A DNA stretch of 64,000 nucleotides from Dictyostelium discoideum (taxonomy: Eukaryota): the NCBI GenBank assembly GCA_000004695.1, contig CM000151.3, forward strand, positions 1,216,001 through 1,280,000. The letters run 5' to 3'. Below, piece after piece: positions 40,624-53,752 of the stretch. The notes under the pieces are model-generated. The model had not been told where the DNA came from. It saw only the letters and a program-made list of their open reading frames with translations, and did not search any database. Every line of letters starts with the position of its first letter. Position 1 is the first letter of the stretch. The position numbers were made by a program, and so were the translations under genes.

Positions 40624-40723
40624 NNNNNNNNNNNNNNNNNNNNNNNNNNNNNNNNNNNNNNNNNNNNNNNNNNNNNNNNNNNNNNNNNNNNNNNNNNNNN
40701 NNNNNNNNNNNNNNNNNNNNNNN
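40624..40723. other. Assembly gap (100 N)
   Basis: A run of exactly 100 n characters. Confidence 0.99.
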
Positions 40724-40811
40724 AACTCTCTCTTTTTTATATAGTGTAAACAATTTTTCAAAAAGTATATTAAAATAAAATAAAATAATATATTTCATAT
40801 TATAGCGGTTA

Positions 40812-40879
<68 letters not shown>

Positions 40880-41159
40880 AAAAAAAAAAAAAAATGAAAA
40901 CTAATATCTCTTAATTTGAAAAAAAAAAATATATATATACACAGAATCGAGATACTTGCATCATCAACCAAACATTTTCAATCAATATGTAGAAGACTAT
41001 ATAGAATATTTGCACATGCATTTTATCATCACAGAGAAGCTTATAATGAATATGAAGTAATATTATTTTATTTTATTTTTTTTTATTTTATTATTATTTT
41101 ATTTTATTTTATTTTATTTTTGTTTCATTACTAACAATCAAAAATAATTATTTTTTTGG

Positions 41160-41205
<46 letters not shown>

Positions 41206-41401
41206 ACAATAACCAGAGTAAAACTTTATTACATAAAAGATTTGTAAAATTTTGTTTAAAGAATAGTTTATTACCAAAATCGGCAATCATTATAAAAGAA
41301 AATTAATTCAAAAAAATAAACCCTTTGTAAACTTAAATCATTAAAATAATAGCGCAATTTTAAATTTATATAACCATGTATCAATAAATATAAATAAATA
41401 A

Positions 41402-41435
<34 letters not shown>

Positions 41436-41581
41436 AATTATTTGTAAAAAAAAAAAAATCATTTGCCTAACCTTTTTTTAAAAATAAATGTATGTTTTTA
41501 TAACTTAATATTTTATTTTATTATTATATTATTTTTTTTTATTTTTTTTTTTTTTAAAATTAATAAAATGGATTCGAGTAT

Positions 41582-41622
<41 letters not shown>

Positions 41623-42762
41623 TAATTTAAATCTTAACAAATTCAAAATAAAAAAATAATTATGATTAAAAATAAAATGGGGAACTTGGTTTAAATTACA
41701 ATTTAAAAATTATAATAAGTTGAGAAAATAAAAAAAATAATTTGATTAAAAAAAAAAACAAAAACAATAAAATAAAACAAAACAAGAAATAATTTGATTA
41801 AAAAAAAAACAAAACAAAAACAAAAACAAAAACAAAATAAAATAAAAACAAAATAAAAAAAAAATAAAATAAAATAAAATAAAATAAAATAAAAAAAGAA
41901 AAAAATACATATGTATATACAATGTATATATCATATTTTATTATATTAAAAAAACAAAACAAAAACAAAATAAAATAAAATAAAATAAAAAAAGAAAAAA
42001 ATATATTGTATATCTCATTTTTTTAACAAATATGTTGCCTCTATCTCATTGTTTTGAAAATTTCGCGCAAACTAAAAAAAAAAAAAACCAAATTTTTTAT
42101 TTTTTTTTACATTGGAATGTAAAAGCTGTGTCAAAATTTTACATTTCCAGTGATAATTTTTTTTTTTTGGCATCACAATTTTTTTTTTACGGCGTCTCGG
42201 GCTGAAAAAAAAAAAAAAACATTTCAGAAGGGTCTTTTTCAATTTTCATAATACACGTATAATGTAATATTTCAATCTCTCATTTTTTTTTTTTCTAATT
42301 AAAAAAAAAAAAAAAAAAAAAAAGTAAAAAATAAATAAAAAAGAGAGAATAAGGTGAAGAAAAAAAAAGATTAATGGCAGCCACGAATATAATAAATAAA
42401 TAACAGTGATAAAAAAAATAATAAAAAAAAAATAATAAAAAAAAAAAACCGAGTTGAGAAACAGAAATGGTTTAAGTTAGCAAAAAAAAAAAAAAAAAAA
42501 AAAAACATATAGTAAAAAAAAAAAAAATAATAATAAAAAACAGACTCGACAGAAATAATAGAGAGAACACTTACAATTGGATAGGACAAAATATTTAAGA
42601 AAAAAAAAAATAGTATTATATGACTGATAGAGGAAAAAATACAAATAAAGAAACAACGAAACAGATCTATTATTTCCAACACAATCACCAACGTTGCTGC
42701 TGGGTTTTTTTTATTTTTTTTATCACTCTTTTCCATCAATTTTTTACTTTTTTTTATTTTTC

Positions 42763-42799
<37 letters not shown>

Positions 42800-42877
42800 A
42801 TTTCGAACCACCTTCTAATATTTTTTTTTTATTTTTTTTTTTACACAAATTCCCATCATCACAATAATAGAGAAAAT

Positions 42878-43135
42878 ATGGCTAGAGAATTATGGTTAAC
42901 TCACCCAAGAAACTTCGGTCCAGGTTCCCGTACCTGTCGTAAATGTGGCAACCATCACGGTATCATCAGAAAATACGACTTAAACATGTGCAGACGTTGT
43001 TTCCGTACCGACGCTGAAGCCATCGGTTTCAACAAAGTAAGTCTTTATATTATTTTTTTTTAAAAAAAAAAAGAAAACATTTAACTAATATATTTTTTTT
43101 AAATAAATCAATTTTAATAACTTTAGTACCGTTAA
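42878..43135 (+). CDS. rps29: 40S ribosomal protein S29 (uS14), 55 aa; join(42878..43036,43127..43135)
   Basis: [53 protein letters not shown] matches human RPS29 (...[45 protein letters not shown]), including the CxxC...CxxC zinc-binding motif. Donor is GTAAGT at 43037; acceptor CTTTAG is at 43121-26. The last exon encodes only YR plus TAA. Confidence 0.9.
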
Positions 43136-43247
43136 GCTCTATATAATTATTTTTTATTTAAATAAAAAGAAACGATTAGAAAAGCAATTTAGAAAAAAAA
43201 AAAAAAAAAAAAAAACCACTCTTTTTTTATATATTTTTTTATTCCTT

Positions 43248-43368
43248 TTTTTTTATTCTTTTTTTTTTATTCCTTTTTTTTATTCCTTTTTTTTATTCCT
43301 TTTTTTTTATTCCTTTTTTTTATTCCTTTTTATTCCTTTTTTTTTTATTCCTTTTTTTATGACGGAAG
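43248..43368. repeat. Minisatellite of about 9 copies of TATTCC(T)7-10, downstream of rps29
   Basis: Recurring tattccttttttttt units. Confidence 0.85.
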
Positions 43369-43740
43369 ACCATTGTTTAAAATTTTTAATTTTTTTTTTT
43401 ATCCTTTTTTTTTTATTTTTTAAAAACGAGCAATGAACAAATAACTCTGTGATCAACCAACACTACTACAACAATCGCAACAAAACCAATTCGAATTCCG
43501 CTCAAACGATCAGCACCAACTTCAAAAACCATCGGTGCCAATTTCGAAACACATCATTTTTTTTTTTTTTTTTTCAACACTTTATATTTTTAACAAAAAA
43601 CAAAAACTTTAAAAAATAAAATTTAAAAATATAATTTTAAATAATCAAATAAAATAAATATATATACATATATATAATTTTAAATAATTAAATTATAATC
43701 AGAAATATACAAAGACTAAACTTTTATTTTTTTTGATAAA

Positions 43741-46700
43741 TTAATTAATTAAAACCAAAGAAAATGAAAATGATACACTAGTCAACACTAAACCTTGGCC
43801 AAAAAGCGACCCTAATTGCAGTAAATTTGAATTTGCAACAATGAAAATTATTAATTGTGCCAAATTAATATAGTTATTTAAATCTCTTGATGAGTTATTT
43901 GAGGAGGTGGCCAAGAAGAAATAAAAGGACATATAAACTATTTGAATTGAGGTATAATAGCAGTATAAAATTGTATTAAAGATATTGAGTTGAACATCAA
44001 AGGTATTACAAAAAGTTGAAATAAATGACCAAATCGATTTCCAATAATATACTTTTGAATTTGATTTTTCATTTATTCTCTTTTTTATTTTTTCTTTTAA
44101 AAATCTGGGGCACCATGTTTTTTCAATTATTGTCTTCTCTGAATCATTTATATTTTTTTTCCTATTTCTAATGCTATTATTATTTGCTATTAATGGTATT
44201 TTCTCGTAAATTTTAATTAAAACTATAGGCGTAATATCAGTTGAACCAATTAAAAATAATGAAATTATAATTGAAAACGATAAAAAGCTTTTGAAATTAT
44301 AATTTAAACCCTCCCATAGACAATAACCATCTAGCATGTCTACTGACATTCCGAATAATGGTAAAATGTAAATACCACTATATGAAAAGAATACTACTGA
44401 ATTAATTTGAAGGAATATTATAATTTGACTAATTGGTATTCTAAAACTATTATGTTTAATTAACGATAATACTAATGCAAATATTAAATGGAATACTAAA
44501 ATTGGTATTAAAAGTATTGGTTTGAAATGTGAGAAACATCTTATACCATTCTTTGTTTGGACTTTATTACCATATTCATCTTTACAGCCAAAGTATAAAT
44601 TACCAAAACTTGAATTTGATGTACAAAGATTATAAGAAAGACACATATCCAATGGACATTGTTCAACCATTGAAACATCATTATTACTAAGTAATAGCCA
44701 TCGATTGCAAATACAGTTGAGGTGAAACAATTCATTATATTTGTATTACATGGGTAGCACCGATTCAACGATTGGCTAAATGCATAATTATTTGGACGAT
44801 AATTACAGGTTTCATTAACCAAAGAGAGATATTGGTATGGTAAACAGCCATCAACATAGAAAATTTGTTCTAAATTTAATGTTGGATCTACATATTGCAC
44901 TAAATACATTTCACCTATATCACCTTTAAACTGATAAAGGAATGCCTTTACCTGCCATAATACTTAAAGAGAACTTGGTTGAACTATCTAAAAGTCTAGT
45001 AATACTAATATTTAATGGCATTGACAAAGACGCAAATGTATTATTAAAATAGTCAAAAAAATAAAATTCTACCAAAGTATCAACACCATTTATAACATTT
45101 ATACTATCATTTGAAAATATTGCTTTTTGTAATTCTTTTAATAAAAAAAAAAAAGAAAAATTAGTAATTTTATTTTATTATTATTGTTATTTATTATTTT
45201 TACATACCAGAAGAAAAATTAGGACCACATAAGGAGGTATTATTTTCAAAATTATTTAATTTTATTATTTGAAAATGAGAAATTTTCAGTGTAAATTACA
45301 CCGCCTTGTTGTGAACCAATATTTGAAGAGAATTTATTATTGATAAATTTAGAGATTGGATTTATGAAAGCATCATTTTTATTTGAATAAGCACCACCAA
45401 ATTGAAATACACCACCAAATTTCGCAATATTAAATGATGCAATTAAATCTGAAATTTTAAAATAATTAAAAGTAATTGAATTAAAAAATGATTAAGATTA
45501 GAATTTATTAAATTCATACTATCACCTAGATTCCAATAAATTTAGAATTTAACATTGTAATATTAGATTCAATAGTTTGAATAAAATAATATCGATTACC
45601 AATTATTTTTAATTATTAAATTTACAGATTGAAAATAAAAGAAATTTGATGATATTATATTATCAACAATAATTAATCTATTCATTGAAAGATTATTAAT
45701 TTCATTAAAAAATATTAATGATGAAGATGATATAGAAAATGGTGATGAGTTTTGATTAATTGTTACAATTTTATTATTTGTAAAATTAAAATTTGAAATT
45801 TTCATAAACACCATTAATCAAAATTAAATATTGAGTTAAATAATTATTAACCATGGAAATTGAATTTAAAATTATTTCATTACAATTTTCAATTGAAAAT
45901 AAATAGTCATATGGTATTTTATTATCATTATAAATTAAAGTATTTATATGTAAACTTTTATCATTTGAACTTTTTAAAAAGGAACCAACATTTTCATTAA
46001 GTTTTATAGAGTTAAATATTATTAAACTTGCATTTTCACTTATAATCATTGGTGAGAATGAATTATCAATGAAATTAGTTGAAATTATTTAAAAATGAAT
46101 TGATTGATTTCATTGAAAAAGTTGATAACCAAAACCATGAATATTTATAAATAATGAATTTGAAATTATTATAGAATCTGAATTAGATTGAAATAATCTA
46201 TATTGTGTAAAGAAATTTGTCATTACCAATTGATTTATAATTATATTTGAACCAAAACCATCTAAAAATACATCACCCAATGTATCGATTGTGCAAATAT
46301 CAATAGTAATATTTGATATGAAACTATCAATTAATGAAGTTGATGGTATATATGTTTGTTCAAAAGTACAATTATAAAAATCCAATGTTGAATGACCAAT
46401 AGTAAAAACAGGTACACTTAGAATTATACTTAGAATTCTTGTATTTACTAAAGTTATACTAGATCCATTTGTTGATACAACAATACCAGTACCCGAATAA
46501 CCAAATATACTATCAACAATATATAAATCACTAATGTTTTCAACCAAGAATGCTGTACTTTTTGTTGAACATGTTAATGGATCTAAAATGAAATCACATC
46601 TATCAATTACTAAAATACTCTCTTTAGTTAGAGTAAATAAAAATTGATTAAATGAAGCTGACATATTAACTATTAACAATTCAACTAATGCTCTTTCAAA

Positions 46701-48100
46701 TTGAAATGAACCAATACAACTTAATTCCATAAATGAAAAACTAACATTACTCTTTGATAAGTATTGATTATTAACATCATAAACATCATCAGCTGTTGCC
46801 ATTACAATCATTGAATAGAATTTATTATTCATTTCACATGTTGTAATTAATTCACTAATTGTTACATTTGAAACACCAGTCACATCAATTATTGAATCGA
46901 ATGTATTATCTTTGAATTTAATTTTATTAATTTCAATACTACCACCATCACTAAAACCTCCTTTTCTAGTTGATATTAATGAGTTTGATATACAATCTTC
47001 AATGAAAATTGAATTCATTATTATTTCAGAACCTTCACTTGAAATTACCATTGGATTTGAACTTCTGTAACCTTTTATTTTTACATTTTCAATTGATACA
47101 TATGAATACCGATAGGCTATAATTATAATTAATGGATCAACTGATTTGGAAAATGTAATGGTTGTATCTATAATTGATAAAAACAATTGATCATTAAATC
47201 AATATTTTTCTAAATAAAATAATTCATTTGTTAATAACTTTTCTATTGGTAAAGTTTGAGAAATCTCTGATTTTGAAACTAAAATAGTTGAACCTTTAGA
47301 ATCTACTGCTGAATCTCTTCATTTTGAATTGGGTAAAATTTAAATCAAATGAACCTAATGAAATTTCAGTTAGATCAAAAATACTATTATCACTAAATGA
47401 TACACCACAACCACTAATACAAATAATATTACTATTACTACTACTACTACTATTACTACTACTATTACTACTACTATTGCTACTACTATCACCGCTACTA
47501 CTATCACTATTTATTAAATTAAAAACAATTCCACCATTTATAAATGATGAGCCAATGAATCTAAATAAACTATTTGTTGCATTTAATTCACCAGTGAAAA
47601 CTGTAAATCTAAAGGTTGAGTTTACGAATACCATTGATGAATTATTTATATTATTTTCATTTTGACTTGGTATACCATAGCGAGTAGTTTATTATAATAT
47701 CATCATTAAAATTTGAAAAACTATTAATAGAATTAATTCCTGTCATATTCAATGTTATGGACCATTAATTATTAAATTTGTATTTTCAAGATTTAAAAAT
47801 AAATTTTCAATTATTGTTTGATTTTGATTAAAATTATACGGAGATATTGAAATATTATTAAAGTTTGAAATTGAGATTGATTGGCAAGTCAGATTATAAT
47901 TTCCATATCCAATATAAATTTTTATAATTGAATTCAAATTATTTTGATTAAAATTAATATTTTCATAATAATTATTATTAAAATTATAAAATGATTGTTG
48001 TAAAATATTATTTAATATACATAAATCTTGGAATGGATTGATTATTGTTCCATTGCTTTCATTATTACTATTAATAATTAATTGTGTTTTGGGAATGAAT
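43741..48100 (-). pseudogene. Disrupted paralog (copy C) of the Pmp-like beta-helix/Cys-rich/7TM family, tandem to copy B
   Basis: The TM-domain ORF 43741..44730 is almost identical in protein and DNA to copy B, e.g. 44221-44530 versus 49371-49680. Upstream, the Cys-rich block (44541..44909) is in a different frame. The beta-helix part is split over at least 5 ORF fragments in different frames (45596..45814, 45786..46049, 46110..47186, 47296..47634, 47755..47937). The conserved QQGGVIYT...CGPNFSS segment near 45200-45330 contains an in-frame stop. Frameshifts are too numerous to be explained by introns. Confidence 0.6.
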
Positions 48101-48509
48101 TAAAATATAATTTATTTGAAAAAAGATAAAATAAATTAAAAAAGTTGGTCGTTTCATTATTACATTATTTAGATTTTGATTTATAAAAAAAAAAAAAAAA
48201 CTAGTAAAAAAAACGATTTTTTATTTAGATATTTTATTAAAAATCTTTTCTTTTTACAATTTTTTCATTTTTTTAAATAAAAAAAAGCAAAACAATCTTT
48301 TTTTTTCTGTGTCATTTTTACATTCTGATTATTATTTTTTTTAATTTTTTTTTTATTTATTTTTTTCTCTCCAATCATTTTTTTTTTTTTTTTATTTAAA
48401 ATATCAAAAAAAAAATTATCAAATATTTTAATATTATTAAAATACTTTCATTTTTTTACCATATTGTTTGGTTTTTTATATTTATTTTGAAATATTATTA
48501 TTACTATTA

Positions 48510-51500
48510 TTATTTAAGTTTTCTTCTAATTTTTTTATTTTTTCCATTATATAATAAAAAAATGGAAATTATTGAGAGTAAAGCAAAAGAGAAAGTGATA
48601 ATGGTTATTATTAAACCTTCATTAAAGAGTGATTTTGATTGTAATAAATTTGAGTTGGCAGTGATTAAAATCACCACTTGTAATAAATTGATAATATTAT
48701 TAAAATCTCTTAAATATTTCCATTTGATTGGATTAATTAACAAAGAAATTATTGTATAAAAGATTTGAATTAATAGAATGATTGGAATGTAATATTGTGC
48801 TTTAAATAATAAAACTATTGATAAAACACAAATAATAATTGATCTGGAGTTTATGACAATTGGAAACCATTTAAAGTTTGTTCTGTATTCTAATTGATAT
48901 TGTTGAATCTTTAATAGAGATTCTGTAATTCTATTTTTAAATATTCGATTACCACCAATTTTAAATTTAGACAATAATAATATTAATTGCATAAATAAAA
49001 CAATGGCTAAAATTATAAAGATTAAAATTGCAATTAAAATACAAGCTTGATTTGAATTTGATTGAAAATCAATTGAAAAATCTACTGCTAAATAATTTTC
49101 ACTACCAACTTGTTTTGAAATTACTAATGACATTGCATTGAATGCTAATGGAATTACAAATAATTGAAATAACGACCAAATGGATTTCCAATAATAAATT
49201 GATCTATGCTTAATTTTTCCTTCTAAAATTTTAATTATGTAATTTGGATATTTTGCTATTGGTTGTTGTTGTTGTTGTAGTGGAGTTATATTTCTATCAT
49301 TAATTAACAATGATAAATTTCTATTATCTTTTCTTGTTGAAATTTTTTTATAAATTTTAATTATAATTGAAGGTGTAATATCAGTTGAACCAATTAAAAA
49401 TAATGAAATTATAATTGAAAATGATAAAAAGCTTTTGAAATTATAATTTAAACCCTCCCATAGACAATAACCATCTAACATATCTACTGACATTCTGAAT
49501 AATGGTAAAATGTAAATACCACTATATGAAAAGAATACTACTGAATTAATTTGAAGGAATATTATAATTTGACTAATTGGTATTCTAAAACTATTATGTT
49601 TAATTAACGATAATACTAATGCAAATATTAAATGGAATACTAAAATTGGTATTAAAAGTATTGGTTTGAAATGTGAACAACATCTTATACCATTCTTTGT
49701 TTGAACTAAATTACCATACTCATCTTTACAACTAAAGCATAAATTACCAAAACTTGAATTTGATGTACAAAGATTATAAGAAAGACACATATCCAATGGA
49801 CATTGTTCAACCATTGAAACATCATTATTCACTAAATAATAACCATCAATTGCAAATACAGTTGATGCCAAACAATTCATTATATTTGTATTACATGGAT
49901 AACATTTTCCTAACAATTGACTAAGGGCGTAGTTATTTGGACAATAGGTACACATTTCACTCGTTGTATTATAGAATTGATATGGCGAACAACCATCAAC
50001 ATAAACTTTTGCAAGCACTGGTGTTGGACTATTCACACCAATTAAATATTCATCATTAATACTACCAATGAATTCAAATGTGAATTTACCCATTCCAGCA
50101 TTAACATTATTTGTAACATTCATCAAATGATTGGTTGATGTTCTATTAACATAAATAGTAAGTATTGAAGAGAATGGAGTAAACAAATTACCATAATAAT
50201 CTACAAATTGATATTCAATTATTGATGAACCATCATCAACAACTTGACTAATTGGATTTGAAAGTTGTGGATTTTTCATCATATCTATTTAATAATAATA
50301 TTAGTATTTATTTTATTATTATTATTATTATTTTTTTTCAAAAAAAAAATAAAACTTACTTGATGAAAAGTTTGGACCACAAAATGCAGTATTGCCAATA
50401 AAAAAATTAGAGTTAAGAACTTTGGTCATATTTTCATTGAAAGGAGAATCTGTTGTATATACAACACCGCCTTGTTGTAAAGCTCGATTATTTATAAAAG
50501 AATTATTTTCTATTTTAGATAATGGGTTATTTAGAGACTGGGGAGAGTTGAAATAAAGTACACCACCATAGATACCAAAGTTTGTAGTCAAAAGAGATTG
50601 TACAATAACAAACCATTGAAAACTATCATCTATTAAGTAGTCTGGGAAAAATGATAATATTGCACCCGTTCCATTTTCAAAAAAATTTGAATCTATTGAA
50701 CAACCATAAATTGTTATATTTGAATTTATGACCAATATTAAACCCTTACCATTACCTTGATTTCCATTAAAATAAGTTAAAGAAATTGAAACTTCTGAAC
50801 TTTTAGATTCAATTAAATAGTTGGATTCTGAATATAAACTTATATCACTTTGAATGGTATTTGAAGTGAATTGTGAATTTTGAATATTAACACTACCACT
50901 ACAACTACTACTACCGCTACTACTGCCGCTACTACTGCCACTACAACTACCACTACTACCACCACCAACACCACTTCCAGTATTACTATAACTATTACTA
51001 TAACTATTACTATTACTATTGTTACTATTATATTTACTAAAGACACAATCATAAAAAGTTAAAAATGTAGTACCAATTTGATTATTTCTAATATTAAAGT
51101 TTTTGATTAATACATTGGAAACTTGAGTTAATGATATAAAACCACCTAATCCATCAAATTGATTGTAAGGACATAATAGCATTGGAACATGAACTATTAA
51201 ATTATTGCCAAATTCGAAAGTATCGATTTCAAATGTTTCAGCATTAAAAGAACTAATGAAAAATTGAGTGAAATAATTATTATTGATAAATATTTGATTT
51301 AAAATAATGGTTTTGGTACTATCTGAACTTAAAAGATAGTTAATTGGTAGTCTACTATCATAGAATTCGAGAAATGAAATTGAAATCAATTGATCATCTT
51401 TACTATTTATAAATGAACCTGTATTATTTGAATAAAGAGTTTCAACGAATTCTATGGTCGAATTTACACTTTTAATCAATGGATTAAATGAATTTCCGTT

Positions 51501-53174
51501 GAATTGAGTTTGAGTGATATTTAAAATTGAACCATTTAAAGTAAACATTTGATAACTTAAACCATGATTACCATCAAATACTGAACTTGCAATGAAAATA
51601 TAATCATCTACTGATGTTATCAATTGACTTTGTGTAAAACTTTGAGAAACATTAACAATATTCATGGAGATCTTTGACCGTGATGAATTGAATAGTTGTT
51701 GACTAACCAATAGAAAGTTAGTCTCACTAATATAAACCAATGAACTCTCTGATTGAATTAAAGATGATGAACTAATTCTACAATTGTTAAATAGTGTAGA
51801 ATATATCTCCAATATCGAGTCATCAGCAACGGTAATTATCGGCTGACTGGTTTGAAGGTCAATAAATTTTGAATTGTTATCAATTAACACAGAGGAATTC
51901 TTCACAGCCATCACTATTGGTACTGCGCTATCAAAGAAATTAGATTGTGATATTGTTATTGAACTTTGTTCGAAATAGAAAAGTTGATTAATTTTACCAA
52001 ATGGATTTGAAATGAAATCACTTGATATAATATTAACTATGCTCCCTTGATAGCCATTTATGAATGAATCACTACCTATTGATATCATTGTTACAAATTC
52101 GAAATTAACAATTGAATTTCTGAACTCAAATGAACCTTCAATAGATTCCAAGAAAATATTAGAGAATTCAATACTACTCGACATTTCGAAACTATTTTCA
52201 TCTTTTGGCATCGACAAAAACTTTTGAATTATATTATTTTGTGTAGAGTTAATTGATAGATTTGAAATTTCAATATTTGATGAATTACGTGCTTCTAACA
52301 TTGTCTCAAAAATACAATTTGTAAAAATTAAATCACTGATTACTAAATTTGTATTCTCCATTGTAAACATTGATGGTGAAACGCAATTATCAAATTCCAC
52401 CAACTCCAATGATATTGTTATATTTCCACCATAGGATGTCGATGCAAACATTGACTCATATTTATGAAATCCTATCATTCTAATATTATACAATATAATC
52501 AATACATCTTGCTCAATATCAAGTGAAACTATTAATGAAAGTGCGCCATATTTAGGATTGGCTCTAAATTCTGAATTTAGAATAGTAATTTTTGAGCCAT
52601 TTTCATTGAATAACTCTTTATCTATATTAATAATGCCAACACTATTATAATATTCTGACCATAATTTTAGGTCATTTTGATTAAATAATATATTTTCAAA
52701 TTTACTATTATCTGCTACTGTAAATAGTACAGTTTCTTGCCATATTGAATTTTTAACATTTATATCACTAAATCCCATTTGAAAGAAACTTCCCATTACT
52801 TTAGAATCTATAATTTCTACTCTACCACCACCACCACTACTAGCGAATTTCGGATTTGAATTGAAATTAATTGATACTTGTTTTAATGTTGATTTTTGAA
52901 AATATAGTAAACTATCCTCTATCATATATTTTTGATCATAGATTGATGATATCATTGTTGAATTTATTAATTTAATCACTGAATTTGAAATTATACTATA
53001 TATATTATATTTATCCTTGAAAATTATATAAGCATTATCTATAATATTCATTTCACTATTACTTATATTCCAACTACCATAAAATGTTATAAAAGGTCCT
53101 TGAATATAAAATTTTGAATTTATTATTTTAAATGAATTATAAATTGAAACTTTTTGTTCTCCTTCTTCTTCTTC

Positions 53175-53254
<80 letters not shown>

Positions 53255-53397
53255 CTTTACTACTGCTACTATTACTTATATATGGTTTGAATGTAACATT
53301 TTTACAATTTAAAATTAAAAATTGATAACAATTTGTATCATTGTATATACCATATCCTATATTTACTATTATTATAGATGTAGCTATATTATTATTA

Positions 53398-53435
<38 letters not shown>

Positions 53436-53657
53436 ATTATTAAGTATTGATTCTATTTGACAAATGCTATTGTATGGATTTATAATTGTTCCATTACCAT
53501 TATTTTGATTGTTTGAATTTATGTAAATATTTATTATATTATTATCTTCATATTGGTTAATATTATTATTATTATTATTAATATTTTGTGAACAAACGTT
53601 ATTTAAAAAAATAAAAATTAAAAAAATAAAAGTTAATGAATATTTATATATTTTCAT
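48510..53657 (-). CDS. Large secreted beta-helix-like (Pmp-like repeat) protein with Cys-rich module and C-terminal multi-TM domain, copy B; join(complement(50361..53657),complement(48510..50284))
   Basis: Signal peptide MKIYKYSLTFIFLIFIFLNNVCS. Same organisation as copy A: IINIYINSNNQNNGNGTIINPY...IIIVNIGYGIYNDTNCYQF ~ IINIYVNSNYTNSNGNGTIVNPF...IIIINIGYGFYDIKKCTF. QQGGVVYTTDSPFNENMTKVLNSNFFIGNTAFCGPNFSS sits before donor GTAAGT at 50355-60 (minus); the acceptor is AAATAG. Exon 2 reads CSPYQFYNTTSEMCTYCPNNYALSQLLGKCYPCNTNIMNC...CPLDMCLSYNLCTSNSSFGNLCFSCKDEYG...RCC followed by at least 7 helices. Coding poly-Asn/(ATT)n tracts lie at 53160-53250 and 53400-53440. Confidence 0.7.
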
Positions 53658-53681
53658 TGTGTGTAGGTATTATTGTTACTA

Positions 53682-53682
53682 T

Positions 53683-53749
<67 letters not shown>

Positions 53750-53752
53750 TTT
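53682..53752. repeat. (ATTT)n microsatellite of about 17 units immediately upstream of the copy B start codon
   Basis: A perfect atttatttattt run 25-95 bp 5' of the ATG at 53657 (minus strand). Confidence 0.9.
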
